A DNA stretch of 64,000 nucleotides from Stegostoma tigrinum. Taxonomy: Eukaryota. Below, piece after piece: positions 50,997 to 63,489 of the stretch. Under the pieces are notes generated by a model, which was given only the letters and a program-made list of their open reading frames with translations, ran no database searches and was not told the origin of the DNA. The translations under genes and the position numbers were made by a program. Every line of letters begins with the position of its first letter. Position 1 is the stretch's first letter. The stretch is taken from contig NC_081390.1 of assembly GCF_030684315.1 (NCBI RefSeq), positions 18,810,906-18,874,905 of the forward strand, given 5' to 3'.

Positions 50997-51320
50997 TAGA
51001 ATCATAGAATTCCTACAGTGTAGAAACAGGCCATTCAGCCCAACAAGTCCAAACAGACCCTCTGAAGACCATCCCACCCTGACTCAATCTCCTACCCTGG
51101 CACTTCCCCATGTCTAATCTGCCTAATCTCAACATCCCTGGACACTACAGGCAATTTAGCAATGCCGATCCACCCACTCTGCACATCTTGGGACTGTGGG
51201 ATGAAACCCACGCAGACATGGGGAGAAAGTGCAAACTCCACTCAGACAGTGACCCAAGGGTGGAATTGAACCCGGGTCCTGGCACTGAAAGGCAGCAGTG
51301 CTAACCACTGAGCCACCATG
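50997..51320 (-). mobile_element. HE1-like tRNA-derived SINE
   Basis: Ends GCAGTGCTAACCACTGAGCCACC (antisense A-box), GGAATTGAACCC (antisense B-box), ATAGAATCATAGAAT tail. Confidence 0.88.
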
Positions 51321-53269
51321 TCACCTTGTAATGGCTATGCTAACTTAGGATATTCATTTGTACTAAAATGGCACAGTTACACTTGTTGAAAGTGACACAT
51401 GTTAAGACACAGGGACCCAATCTCTGCATTCAAAAGGAATATGTTCAAGGCCATACCTTACTTGAATTACCTCAGAGCTTGGAGAAAGCATTCAGTCAAC
51501 TTGCCAAACAAATAGCACCTTTTTCTCTCATAGTTTAAACTGTTGTGATTGTTTGAAATTTGGCATTCTTGTATTTGTCCTGATGAGTGCAAGATGAAAA
51601 CCTTTAGCAACATGTCTCTCTTTTCAGCAAGATTTGAGGTTTATATGACCAAATCACTACATATAGGAATTGCTGGACAGTTTGGAGAATAAAAAAGCAC
51701 TAAAGCCCATCCAGTTTGCCATTACCCATGCTGCTAGTTGCATGATAACATATTATTAGAATAGCTGAGTAATGCTGATAATCTCCGTCAGTGAGTTTAC
51801 AATACGCGAGACATGCGGGAAAATTGAGTAGGAGAGAACACTAGGAACGAAGGTCACAAGCCACTTATTCCTCCCAAGATCTCTCTACTTACTGTGTTTA
51901 ATGTCGCAAATTATTTGTGTACCATATTCTAAAGATTATTGCCTGAAAGAGTTATAATTGTTTGTATTTCAATGAATACATACTATCTGCCTTCACCATA
52001 TCCTTAGCTTGTCAGTAAATGCATTGAGTGGATTCATTTATGACCCCGGAGACATCTGGATGGGTATATGAATAGGAAGGGTTTAGAAGGATATAGGCCT
52101 GATGCTGGCTAATGGGACTAGATGAATTTAGGATATCTGTTTGGCATGGACAAGTTGGACCGAACATGCTGAACTGCTCAGTGATTCTGAGGCATAGTAG
52201 CGATAGTTTGAGTTATCGAATACATTCCAAAACAGAATAAATAATAAAACTGTCACCCACTGCTGTCCACTCCTCCTCACCACAAAACACACCTGTCTGT
52301 GGATCAAAAAAGAAATAAGAATTAAAATGACATAATGTAGAGATTGTTTTCATGCAGCAGGTGCCATCTGTGATTCTGGAGCCATTATAAAGAACTCTGG
52401 CACAAGGTCTTCAAGTCTCAATAAATGGAAGATAGACTATAATTCAAAGGCGAGCACCATGATTATGCCCACAACCTGTAAAAGATGGAAATGCCTTTCA
52501 ACATCTATTAAACATCCAGCTTAGTCGCTGTATGTATTTTGGGTATCGATCAATGAGCTGTTTTAGCGCATAATCTTTGGACTTGCCGAAATGTTGACTT
52601 TTATGGGGATGATGAAATAGGTGTTTCTTACTCTTGCTCAAAAGTCTGTAGCGAATTCACACTCGCTGTATTTACTGGTAGTCTACTCCAGAGGTGGTGA
52701 TCCCCTTTGAAAAGAAGCATCTAAACTAAATCCAGGCATTCATAGTTTCTAATAATGCCCCTTAGCCTGCCTTTATCTATCTAACTCAAATGACCTCTCG
52801 ATTTGGGCCGAGTGTCATCGCTTCACTATTTAGTTTACTGATAATATTTGGGATGAGAACATCGTGTTGACTTTTATTTTTGCAGCTTGCTTAGAAACTA
52901 ACACCAGATGATGGAATGCAAATTGGATCTCTTTGAATCATCATACTGTCAAGCAGTTTAGCCTGAAAGGTACTATCAAACCAATTTATTCGAAGTTAGA
53001 AGTAGATTGAAGGAAAGTTGAAGATTGAATTGCTTTGTACATCTTAGTCTGGTATCGTTCTTCCAACACCCAGTTCTATTCCCAATTCCCATAAGGAAAA
53101 TGCAGCTCTGTTTTGACTTAACATCCTGTGAGATGCTATGAGAGGTTAACAAATCAAATGTGAAGTTTTTGGAATTTAGTTTTATTCAAGCAAAATTGAA
53201 ATAAAGAGAGAATCAAATTTGTGGTTTAACAAAATGAATCTTAATGATGTTTTCTTCTGTTCTGTTTAG

Positions 53270-53686
53270 ATTGAGAACTTATCAGCTGCAATAAGACCAC
53301 AAGTTTCTGATGCTTTTGGAGGACCTCCCAACCAGCAACCATCTCAATTTGGAATGTATCCACAAGGCCAGGGTGGTCAGCCTGGTGCTCCCACCTACAA
53401 TCCAGGATATCCTGGTTCCAACCCAGGATTTCCAGCCTCCGGCCCGACTCCAGGATATCCGTCCGGCCCGACTCCAGGATATCCGTCCGGCCCGGCTCCA
53501 GGGTATCCGTCCGGCCCGGCTCCAGGGTATCCGTCCGGCCCGTCTCCAGGGTATCCGTCCGGCCCGTCTCCAGGGTATCCGTCCGGCCCGTCTCCAGGGT
53601 ATCCGTCCGGCCCGTCTCCGGGTTATGGAGCTAGTCCATCACAAGGGTACCCCTCAAACTCCTCTTCAGTTGCAGCACCAGTGAAG
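53270..53686 (+). CDS. ANXA11: Annexin A11 coding exon 3, Gly/Tyr/Pro-rich low-complexity domain (IENLSAAIRP…VAAPVK)
   Basis: TTCTGTTCTGTTTAG acceptor, AAG|GTATGA donor, 417 nt open, phase 0-0, same frame as ORF 53354-53692. Confidence 0.9.
53438..53629 (+). repeat. Coding 24-bp tandem repeat, SGP(T/A/S)PGYP x8
   Basis: TCCGGCCCG(A/G/T)CTCCAGG(A/G)TATCCG units read directly. Confidence 0.95.
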
Positions 53687-54834
53687 GTATGAGAGGCCAG
53701 ATTAGTATACAAATTAGAGTAAACTCGCTTTATGTGCCAATGTTTAAAATCTGGTATATTCAGTGCTGCTTTATTTCTAGAATTTGTGTCTGAACAATGT
53801 AATGTAAATATCATTCATCAAATAGTCTGCAGCACTGACATCTGGAGTAGCCAATGTGGACTAGAGACTAAGGTAGCTATGGTCAGGAGAGGACTGGGGA
53901 GGGTTGGTGTGCAATAGGCAGGCATTGACTGAAGTGGGTTGACAAAATGGATGAGTCAGTGTATGTTCTAGGAACCTTGTACATTTGGTTGCCTCAAGAA
54001 ATGGAAGCAGAGTCGGAACTGAAGGGTAAGGTCCTGGAGAAATTTTACAGATGTAGCCAGAGGAAGTATGTGACTATTTTCTGAATGGGCTGTTCCCTCG
54101 ATTATTTTTCAGAATAAGTCAAATTTTTTGCCTTTGTCTCTTAGATGTCAGTCACTCATACATTCCGCTTCATTCAGAAGCCCCCATTGCGATCCCTTTT
54201 GCAATATTGTTAGGAAAGACACACAAACCCGCATGTTCATGAATCTCACGTGTGACCACCATTCTTACCATGAATGTGATGAGTCTTGTTAATGAAGAAA
54301 ATGAAGCAACAGATTGCTGGTGGAAACTATCCTAATTTTCGATTTTTTGATGTTGTTTGGCATTTTATACATCAGGTTTTCTCAGAATTTGAGGTAAGCT
54401 TCACTAATGTGTGTTTTGGAATTGTTTCTACTGAGATAACTGCATGTCATCCTGCATTAGATCAATCATCTTCACAGTAAGCTACTCTCAGCAATCATAG
54501 ATTCAAATCCAGAGATTTCTCCCTTTTATTAACAACTAACCCATAATCAAAATACCGTGTGATGCTGAAAATAATGAAATAAAAAGCTTTCAAAAAGGAT
54601 GTCATAAGTGCCGTTAGGAGGTTAGATGAAAATAAAAGCTAACAGTAGAAAGTGCCTGAAGTATTCAAAAGTGTCTATGAAGATAGAAATTACATTAAAG
54701 TCTCAGACTGATGACCCATCATCTAAGAGAGAGTGTTTTGCTGCAGTTAATTCAAAGACATGTTAAATTGAGACATATGTGTGAAAAGGTATTCAGATTT
54801 ATTTATCTTTTTGAAATTTTCAAGAGTTGTGTTG

Positions 54835-55505
54835 GGTATAAACTAGGAACTTACAAGCCAGTGAGTCTGCCACCTTTAGTAGATAAATCATTGGGAGAAG
54901 TTTTGAGGGACAGCATTAACCTTCACTCGGAGAGACAAGGATTAATAGCATTGTAAGGGGACAATTTGGTTGAATTTTTCAAGGAGATGACGAGGTGTAT
55001 AGATGAGAGTAATAGAGTTGATGTGGTCGACATTGATGTCAGTAAGGAATTTGACAAAGTGTCACAAGGCTGACTGGATAAAATACTGAAGAGCCCATGT
55101 AGTCCAGCATAATTTGCAAATTGAATTGAAACTTGGCTTAGTGATGGGGTTGCAGAGGATGATGGTCAAAGGGTGTATCGCAGGGTTCAGTGTAGGTTCC
55201 CTTGTGGTTTGTGTACATTTTATGATCTAGATATGAATGCAGGAGGTGTGATCAATTGGATCGAAGATGTTTTGAAAATTGGCAGTGTGATAAATAACGA
55301 GAAGAAAAGCCTTCCTTTACAGGGTGGTATAGACAGGCTGGTCAGATGGGCTGAACAGTGGCAAATGGAATTTTATCCTGGAAAGTGAGAGGTAGTGCAT
55401 TTGGAAGATCTAACCAGGCAAGGGAGTATGTGGTGAACAGAAGCACTGTAGGAAATACAGAAGATCAGAAGGACCATAGTATGTGTATCCACAGATCCTC
55501 GAAAT
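54835..55505 (+). mobile_element. Decayed CR1 LINE RT fragment
   Basis: YKPVSL…; GTAAGGAATTTGACAAAGTG (KAFD-like); DRLVRWAEQWQMEF. Confidence 0.75.
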
Positions 55506-57265
55506 ACAGGTGGGCAATTCGATGTTCCCCAGATAGCCATGTAGATAATTTATTTGTTTTTGATTATCTTATTCAGATGTGTTCACTCCCTCTGGAGCAA
55601 GTGGGACTAGAATCAAGGCCTCTGGTCCAGAGGTACAGACACTACCCCATGCAACATAGGTTCTTCATTGAGTAGTTTGTAGAATCGTACGGTACAGAAG
55701 AGGCCCTTCAGCCCATCAAGTCTGGAGCAGTAAAAACTGCTCTAAATGTACATTGATTCCACTTTCTAGCACTTGACCCATAGCCTTGAGCATTAAGCAT
55801 TTTATGACACTGAACTATATAGAGCAGAATGGTTCCTTAGTCAAGGTTAGGTTAAGATCTCGGTGAGGGTGACTGGAGGCAGGAGGTGAGGCATTCATCC
55901 CCATTGTCCATGGGGACAGAAGGCTAAAGAGTGAACCAGCTTCCCTTGCTGCTCATTCTTGAGTGAAGATCCCTGCTGTCAGTGCGTCCGTGCCAATGTC
56001 ATATGGAAACAGAGGCTGTGATAACAATATTCTTAACAATGCCTGATGGTTGAGTTCCTAAGGGGTAGGCAGTGAATGGCACAAGTAGAACTGTATCTTG
56101 AAATGGATTAGATATGGATAAGGACAAAACTGTCAAAGGAAGAATTGGGGTGGACGAAGGAAAAGCTCCAAATTGGGAGTGCCATCAAGAAACCTGCCAT
56201 CCTACTTGAAAACAAGAAGTGCTTACGTTTAAAGTTGTTTGATTGAAACAATTAATAATTTACAAGATTAGACAAAAAGCAGAGAGACCTGGCTGCATGA
56301 TATCTTGATAGATGGTTGTTCTGGCTTATTGTGACACTTCTGTGTGCATGTTGCCTGTCAGTGGGATGTCGCTGTAAATCTTTGGACGCCAGCTGAAACG
56401 GTATATTCAACGTGTTCTTGAGTTGACAGGGATGGGATTGAATTTGTGTGGAGAACATAGTTCCATACGAATTTTCCCTCTTGCCTCTGTCCAGATCCTT
56501 TCATGTTTTGGAATTCTTACCACACATTTTGTAAAATTTTCCATCAGTTAACACAAACTAGTAGTCCCTTAACTTTTGCAAAAACTGAGGAATATGGGAG
56601 CAGGAAGAGCTCATTTAGCCCCTTGAGCCTGTTTTGAGACCCAACGCAACAATGGCCGATCTGCAACATAACTTCATGTACTTCCTTCGTCTGTGCCTCT
56701 TGATGTTCCAGCTAACACAAATCTGCCAGTCAGAGATTCAAAATTAAAAATGATTGAACATCAATTATTATTTATGGAAAATAATTCCATTTCCCCCTCC
56801 ACCCTTTCTGTGAACAAGTATTGGCTAAATTCACATCTGAGAGATCTTGCTTTTGTTTTTAGATTATGATGCTAATCCTAGACTCCCTGACTAGATGAAA
56901 ACATTTCCCCCAATCTACCCTTTTGTTCCTCTTAATGTCTTGAAGGCCTTAATCAAAACACCCCCTGACCTTCTAAATTCCAGGGAATAGAATCCTAGTT
57001 TGTGCAACCTTGTCTTGTTACTTAACCATTGGAATCCATTTAGTGATAAATTCATGCTACAGTAACTTCAAGGTTAACGTATTGTCCCAAAAGTGGTCAG
57101 TTCTGATCGCAACATAATACTCCAGGGATCGTACTGATTGCCATATTACAATCACAATAAAACTATATATGCTCCAGTACAGAACTGAATGAAGTAACAT
57201 GTCCCTTAATAAATGGGGATTTTAATCTGCCTAAATTGCCTAATTTGGATTAGGACATACACATA

Positions 57266-57578
57266 GGCATGGTGGCTCAGTGGTTAGCACTGCAGCCTCA
57301 CAGCGCCAGGGACCCAAGTTCAATTCCCGCCTCGGGCGACTGTCTGGGTGGAGTTTGCACATTCTCCCCGTGTCTGCGTGGGTTTCCTCCAGGTGCTCCG
57401 GTTTCCTCCCACAGTCCAAAGATGTGCAGGCTAGGTGGATCGGCCGTGCTAAATTGCCTGTAGTGTTCAGGGGTGTGTGGGTTATGGGGGATGGGTCTGG
57501 GTGGGATGCTTCAAGGGGCAGTGTGGACTTGTTGGGGTGAAGGGCCTGTTTCCACAATGTAGGGAATCTAATCTAATC
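57266..57578 (+). mobile_element. HE1-like tRNA-derived SINE (best-preserved copy)
   Basis: A-box TGGCTCAGTGG 57273-57283, B-box GTTCAATTCC 57318-57327, core GGAGTTTGCACATTCTCCCCGTGTCTGCGTGGGTTTCCTCC, (AATCT)n tail. Confidence 0.9.
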
Positions 57579-57689
57579 CTGACTCTGACCATTCACTTAT
57601 TAAGAGACATTGCAATGAGACTTAATGAAGCTGAGAAGTTTACCCCATGGTGGACTGGATGATGCTGAAGAGATGCAAAGAGGTTTTGG

Positions 57690-58420
57690 GCACATAGAAG
57701 CTTACAAAATATGAGCTGTTGTAGGCCATTCAGCCCTTTCGAGTCTGCTGTACCATTCAGTATGATCACGGCTGATTACCCAACTTGGTAGCCTGTTCCC
57801 ACATTTTCCCCCATATCCTTTGATCCCTTTAGCCCCAAGTGTTATATCCAACTCCTCATCAATCATTCATTGTTTTGGCCAGACTGCTTTCTGTGCTGAA
57901 GGGCTAGACAGTACGTGCTGAAAGGATGTTTGTCCTCCTGGGAGAGTCTCCAACCAGAACAGTCTCAGAATTAAGGAGTGCCAACGTAAGACTGTGATGA
58001 GAAGCAATTTCTTCTGAGTATTGAGAGTCTTTGGAAATCATTGCCACAGAGAGCTATGGGGACAGAGTCCTTAAGTATATTTAAGGCTGAAGTAGATTCT
58101 TGATCAGTAGTGAAGTCAAGGCTAATGGGGAAAGGAAGTGGATGTGAGGAATGTTGGATCAGCCATGATCTTACTGAATGGTGGAGCAGGCTTAAAGGCC
58201 AAACAGCTTACTCCCTGTTCCTATTTTGTATGATAGTAAATTCCACGGGCTTATCCCTCTCTGGGTGAAGAAATGTCTTCTCATCTCAGTCCTAGTGTAG
58301 CCCGTATCCTTAGACTGCAACCTCAGGTTCTGGACTGGCCCACCATCAAGAAAAACCTTCCTGCATCTACCTTGTCTAGTCCTGTTTGGATTTTATAGGT
58401 TTCTATAAGCTTCCCTGTTC
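57690..58420. mobile_element. Nested CR1-type 3' fragments: minus-strand copy split by a plus-strand copy (~57900-58235)
   Basis: GTAGGCCATTCAGCCC…ACTGCTTTCTGTG resumes at GTAAATTCCACGGGCTTATCCCTCTCTGGGTGAAGAAA after an oppositely oriented tail. Confidence 0.55.
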
Positions 58421-58555
58421 ACTCATGGTCATTGGGACACCCACCCTTTTTTTTTGTTGGAAAAGCAACTGTCCGATGACTGACTGTATCCCAATGAAGA
58501 AATAATGCTGTGATTTTGAATTATTGAATTAACAGAAATCTCTTGTTATCTTCAG

Positions 58556-58643
58556 CCTGTGAACCGGGGAACTGTAAGAGAAGCTCCAGGGTTTGATGCC
58601 TTGAGGGATGCTGAAGTACTTAGGAAAGCAATGAAAGGTTTTG
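58556..58643 (+). CDS. ANXA11: Annexin A11 coding exon 4: [29 protein letters not shown](G)
   Basis: TTATCTTCAG acceptor, TTG|GTGAGT donor, 88 nt, phase 0 to 1; start of annexin repeat 1. Confidence 0.96.
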
Positions 58644-58942
58644 GTGAGTGAATCTGCAAAGTATGTTGCTGTTTCTTCCTCCTCCGGCCTGCATTCCTGG
58701 TAGAAACTGAGTGGATGGTTCTGGAATGGGAAGAGAAAATGTTCGATGTGGTGGTTCTTCCTCTTTGCCTTTTAATGACCCTTGCTGGAAAGTACACGTG
58801 CGTGTTTGTGGGATATTTGGTCAGTTGTGATGCCTTTCATGGGCAAAGAACTGCTTATGATTCCTGTTTAAGAATGATCTCGCATTCTTAATATGCTTAG
58901 CCAGCATTTATTGTGATTCACCTAAAAGTGCGTTCACTGTTA

Positions 58943-59113
58943 CGCCAGACAGCATTAGAGAAGCAGGAAAGTTGACGTTTTGGGTCGAGACCCTTCTTCA
59001 AAAAATGATTTGAAACATCAACTTTCCCGCTCCTCTGCTGCCTGGCGTGTTGCATTCCTCCAGCTCCATACTGTGTTATCTCTGACTCTAGCATCTGCAC
59101 TTTTTACTATCTC
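58943..59113. mobile_element. PLE family A-related hairpin with 14-bp TSD
   Basis: GCAGGAAAGTTGACGTTT … AAACATCAACTTTCCCGC inverted; flanks TGCGTTCACTGTTA (58929-58942) / TGCATTCACTGTTA (59114-59127). Confidence 0.72.
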
Positions 59114-60131
59114 TGCATTCACTGTTATATGGCTCAACAACTAAGGCAGCTATTTTGTACATAACAACATCCCATGAACAACAAGAAAAGTGATAGGGCA
59201 TTATTTTTGGGTGGCAGCATCTGAGGTATAAATGTTGACCAGGATACGGAGGAAAGCTCTCTGCTATTTGAGTTAGATGTGCGTTAATTCTATCATATGG
59301 CATGAAGTTAATGGGCCGTATAGCTTCCTTCTGTGACATAGTGACACGTTACCTCAGCACCATCGCCTCCCCAACAAGACCCTATTTCACCAGACTAGTA
59401 ATCCAGGGCTGATTGGTTAGCTAGTTTGTTCTGCAGAACAGCGTAGGTTCACTTCCTGTACTGGCTGAAGTCACCTCAATGGTCCCACTGTCTTGACCTC
59501 TCCCCTTGTCTGAGGTGTGGTGACCCTTGGGTTCTACTTCCAGGAGTCTTGTCTCTAATGAGAGAGCCCTATGGGACAAGAGTGTCATTTTTTACTTTAA
59601 TTGTGACATTTTGTTCGTCCAAGTATGTTTTTGGCTCCTTTTAACTGCTTAACTGATTTGGAATTCGCACTCTGATATCAAAGTGGGTCTAAAAAATGAC
59701 TTTAATTAGACTTCAGCTGTTATTTTTACACTGGCAATATTCTAAATTCCCATTAGCAAGTGTTGTACAAAATAGTGGCAAAAACAAAGATTGACTGATA
59801 GCTCAGGAAGCTGCTCACAAAAGCAGCATTATCTTTCAGCTAAGGTAATAAAATCAATCTACATATTTACAGCTTATTTTGTGGTGATTTGAAGTTATGT
59901 TTAATAAAAAAATAAAGAAAATGTCCTGAACCTTGTTGGGGGGGGGTCAAAGAAGCTGCAATAGAGAACAATGTTGAAATCATTTTCATACGTGACTCAG
60001 CATACTCTAATTGCAGAGCATTTCTAGCGGGTGATTTACTTGGAATTTTTTTTGAATAAATTTCGAATGCAATGTTTGATCGGGATGTAACAGTGGGTAC
60101 TACTCTTGATTATGAATTCCTCTGTTCCTAG

Positions 60132-60226
60132 GCACAAATGAACAGGCCATTATTGACGTAGTTGCTCATCGTTCGAATAAGCAGAGGCAACAGATAGTAT
60201 TGTCCTTCAAAACAGCGTATGGAAAG
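60132..60226 (+). CDS. ANXA11: Annexin A11 coding exon 5: (G)[31 protein letters not shown]
   Basis: TTCCTAG acceptor; 95 nt, phase 1 to 0; ends AAG|GCAAGT (GC donor); [18 protein letters not shown] matches ANXA11. Confidence 0.95.
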
Positions 60227-61341
60227 GCAAGTATCTTTGGTTGCTGGGTGAGCGAGGCTCAGGATCTTTGTTTCACCTCCCCTCACTTTTGAAGAAAACC
60301 ACATCCAAATAACTTAATGTTACTGCCATAGTGTGGGCTGAAGGCAAAAATTCCTTCAGTCCTCCATTAGATTTTCTTGAGAGGGGAATGATTCCATGTG
60401 CCAGTATCCCAAAGCAGGGCAATGGAATCCTTCCTGTTCCGGTCAATATTTATTCTTCAACTAAGCTCCCAGAAACAGTTTATCTGGTCATTGTCGTGCT
60501 ACTGCTTGTGGGATAAATTGGCTTTCATGTTCCTTCCTATATTCCAAGACCTTGAGACAGAACAGAAGTAGGCCATTCAGCTCATCATGCTGACTCCACC
60601 ATTCAGTCAGATAATGGCTGATCTGACAGCCCTCAATTCCACTTTCCTGCTTTATCCCCACAACCCTTGATGCCCTCTTGAATGCTTTAATCAGAAGTAC
60701 CTCCACCCACACTTCCAGACAGTGCATTTCAGAATCCAATTCTGTGTTGTTTCCTCAATCCTATTTGTGTTCTAATATTATATTTCAATATTATAGTCCA
60801 ATATTGAAAAGTTATGAAATGCTTTGGAATATCCTGAGGCAGTGAAAGATACTGTGTCAACAGGAAATTGTGGGAGCAACATTTATACATTGTGTATGAA
60901 CCTTTAGAGAAAAAAATAGGTGACACAATGACAACACAAAATAGTTTTCTAACAAAATAAATACAATTTCGACAGTTGTAACTGGGAAAGTATTTGATGG
61001 AGGAAATGTGCCTAGCAGTAGGTTTGAATATCTCCTTATCGTCCTCAACTACTAACATTGTTCTAATCCTCAGTGGAATCCTCCAGCCCAGTTATTGATC
61101 TTTTGCACATCCTTGGATGTAGGAGCTCATTGGAGCACTGATCGAACCTTCTCATTTAGCAATATTGCCACCCTCTTGATAATTTTGAGGTGAGGGTAGC
61201 GGTGGTGGTTGTGAGGGATCCTGTCAGGAGCAATGTATTATATGTATGATGACATGACGTAGATGCAGTATTCTCTGGTCTAGGAGAAGCTCCAGACCAC
61301 GTGTTGCCATGCCTTTGATATTTGACCTTTGTCTGTTGCAG

Positions 61342-61455
61342 GATTTGATAAAGGAGCTGAAGTCCGAGTTGTCGGGTAATTTTGAGAAGTCAGTCCTGGC
61401 ATTGCTGAAGCCATCTGTGCTTTATGATGCAGCTGAACTGAAGGATGCCATCAAG
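61342..61455 (+). CDS. ANXA11: Annexin A11 coding exon 6: DLIKELKSELSGNFEKSVLALLKPSVLYDAAELKDAIK
   Basis: TGTTGCAG acceptor, AAG|GTCAGT donor, 114 nt, phase 0-0; gene continues past the window. Confidence 0.96.
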
Positions 61456-62699
61456 GTCAGTGATGAGCTGCTGAAGCAGTACAGCAACAGACCTGTTTTT
61501 GCACAGAACTGCAGCATGGAGTTAGCAACACTGAAACAGGCTATACTTGTTTATGCTCTGTCTGAGTAACTTCGCACCTTACTCCACCAAACCCTGTTAA
61601 CATAATTAGTTCTCGTGCACTTAGCTTCCCCTTAAATGTGTCTGTGTGAATCATCTTAGCCACTTGTTGTGGTAGGAAGTTTCACAAAGTAATTGCTTTT
61701 TAGGCAGAGACGTTTCTCATGAATTCTCTATTAGATTTACTGGGGCTATGTTACATTAGATGGTGCAGGATTTTGGTCTCCCTGACCCAGTGGAAGTACT
61801 TCCTCCACCTCTGCCCTGTTCAACCCCTTCATAATTTTAAAGGCCTCTACCAAATCACTGCTCTGGCCTTTATTTTCTAACAACTGGTGCAGATACAAAG
61901 TCCACCTTGTGGGTTTTTCTTTGATTCCTTCTTCCAGTCTAATGTGTTGCAAAGTGAGCAAATTGCACAGTTTTGAAACAGTTACATGTGGGCGTTAACT
62001 TTATCTATATCATACACAAAAAAATACATTGACAACTCAGTGCCTAATATTTTTGAGTTAGTTTCAACAATGCTAATAAGCATGGAACAGCATGACGCGA
62101 GAGATAATTAGCAGGATAAGAGTGCAGAGTGAAGTACCAAAGCAGATTAGCTACTTAATGCCTCTTGTCCAACAATTTTGATGCTTTCAACCACCTAATA
62201 AAAATTGAGTTCTATTTACTTTTGATTTGAATTAGTTTTAGTGTCACATATACTGAAAGGAGTTTACAAGTTGCCACTTAAGGCGCCATCTTGTATACGC
62301 ATAAACAGATTCCTCGGTACAAGTTTTTAGGAAAATAATTAGAAAAATGAAGAAATAAAATGTCCAGCTTTACAGATCATAGGAACAAATTGGAAAAATA
62401 AATCAAACGTTCAGAATAATAGTCCTTCCAACCCAGTGGATGCTGGCACTTAGCTTCCAGACTGTGCCGGGCTTTACCTCAAAGCCAGGAGACTGCTCTG
62501 GAATCACCTCAAGGCTGCAAGTCCATGCTGAGGCCATGTTCCATGGGTCTGAAGAGTCTTATCTGCCCAGGAGGTGTTTAATAATATGTACAAAAAGGTT
62601 GCTTTCCCTTTTTAGAAAGAAAGGCATTCATCTCTCAGACACCTCTTGTGTTGTCTTGGTTCAAGTCAATGTATGGTTTAGAAGGGGTGGCTGCTAGGA

Positions 62700-63470
62700 A
62701 GTTGTTTCCATTAGGCAGGGAGACTAGGACCAGTGGGCACAGCCTTAAAATTAGAGGGGGTAAATTTAAAACTGAAATGAGATGACATTTCTTCAGCTAG
62801 AGAGTGGTGGGCTTGTGGATTCATTGCCACGGAGTGCAGTGGAGGCCGTGGACGTTGGATGCCTTCAGGGCAGAGATCGACAAATTCTTGATCTCAAAAG
62901 GAATCAAGGGCTACAGGGAGAGCAGGGAAGTGGTGTTGAAATGCCCATCAGCCATGATTTAAGTGGCGGAGTGGACTTGATGGGCCGAATGGCCTTACTT
63001 CCACTCCTATGTCTTAAGACCATAAGACCATAAGTCCCACCTGTCTCAGACGTACGTTGTAACATCTCTGAAAAGGGTGTTTTAAAAATAATTTTTCCTG
63101 TTTTCCCTAGAATTTAGAAGGTTATAGGGTGATCTGGTCAAAGTCGTGAAGATATTAACAGAAAAAAAACAGGGTAAATAAAGATAAACTATTTCCACTG
63201 GTTGTGGGGAATTCTAGAATAGGAGGCTTGAAAATTCGGGCCAGACTCTTCAGGAGGAATACGAGGAAACATGTTTACACATAGAGAGTGACAAAGGTTT
63301 GAACTCTGTTCCACAAATGGATGCGAGATCGGTTGATAATCTTATACTAGTGATAGATTCAATTTTTGTTGAGCAAATGTATTAAGGCAGGTATATTGAG
63401 TTAGACCACCATTAGCCATGACCCAATGAAGCAGAACAGGCTTGCGGGACTGAATGGCCTACTCCTGTTC
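62700..63470 (+). mobile_element. Two CR1-type LINE 3' fragments (~62700-63030 and ~63105-63470)
   Basis: GACTAGGACCAGTGGGCACAGCCTTAAAATTAG…GAATGGCCTTACTTCC; GGTTATAGGGTGATCTG…GAATGGCCTACTCCTGTTCC. Confidence 0.7.
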
Positions 63471-63489
63471 CCTGCACGACGACAACAAC

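Noticed and set aside
53310-53684. ORF with (PARLQGIR)n repeat
   Set aside because: Alternative frame of the 24-bp ANXA11 repeat.
57266-57330. tRNA gene
   Set aside because: A and B boxes belong to a SINE head repeated five times in the window; no complete cloverleaf or terminator.
44176-61455. ANXA7 as gene identity
   Set aside because: Shared MSYPGYPP start, but PWG/PIGL exon, [25 protein letters not shown] and GNFEK match ANXA11 better.
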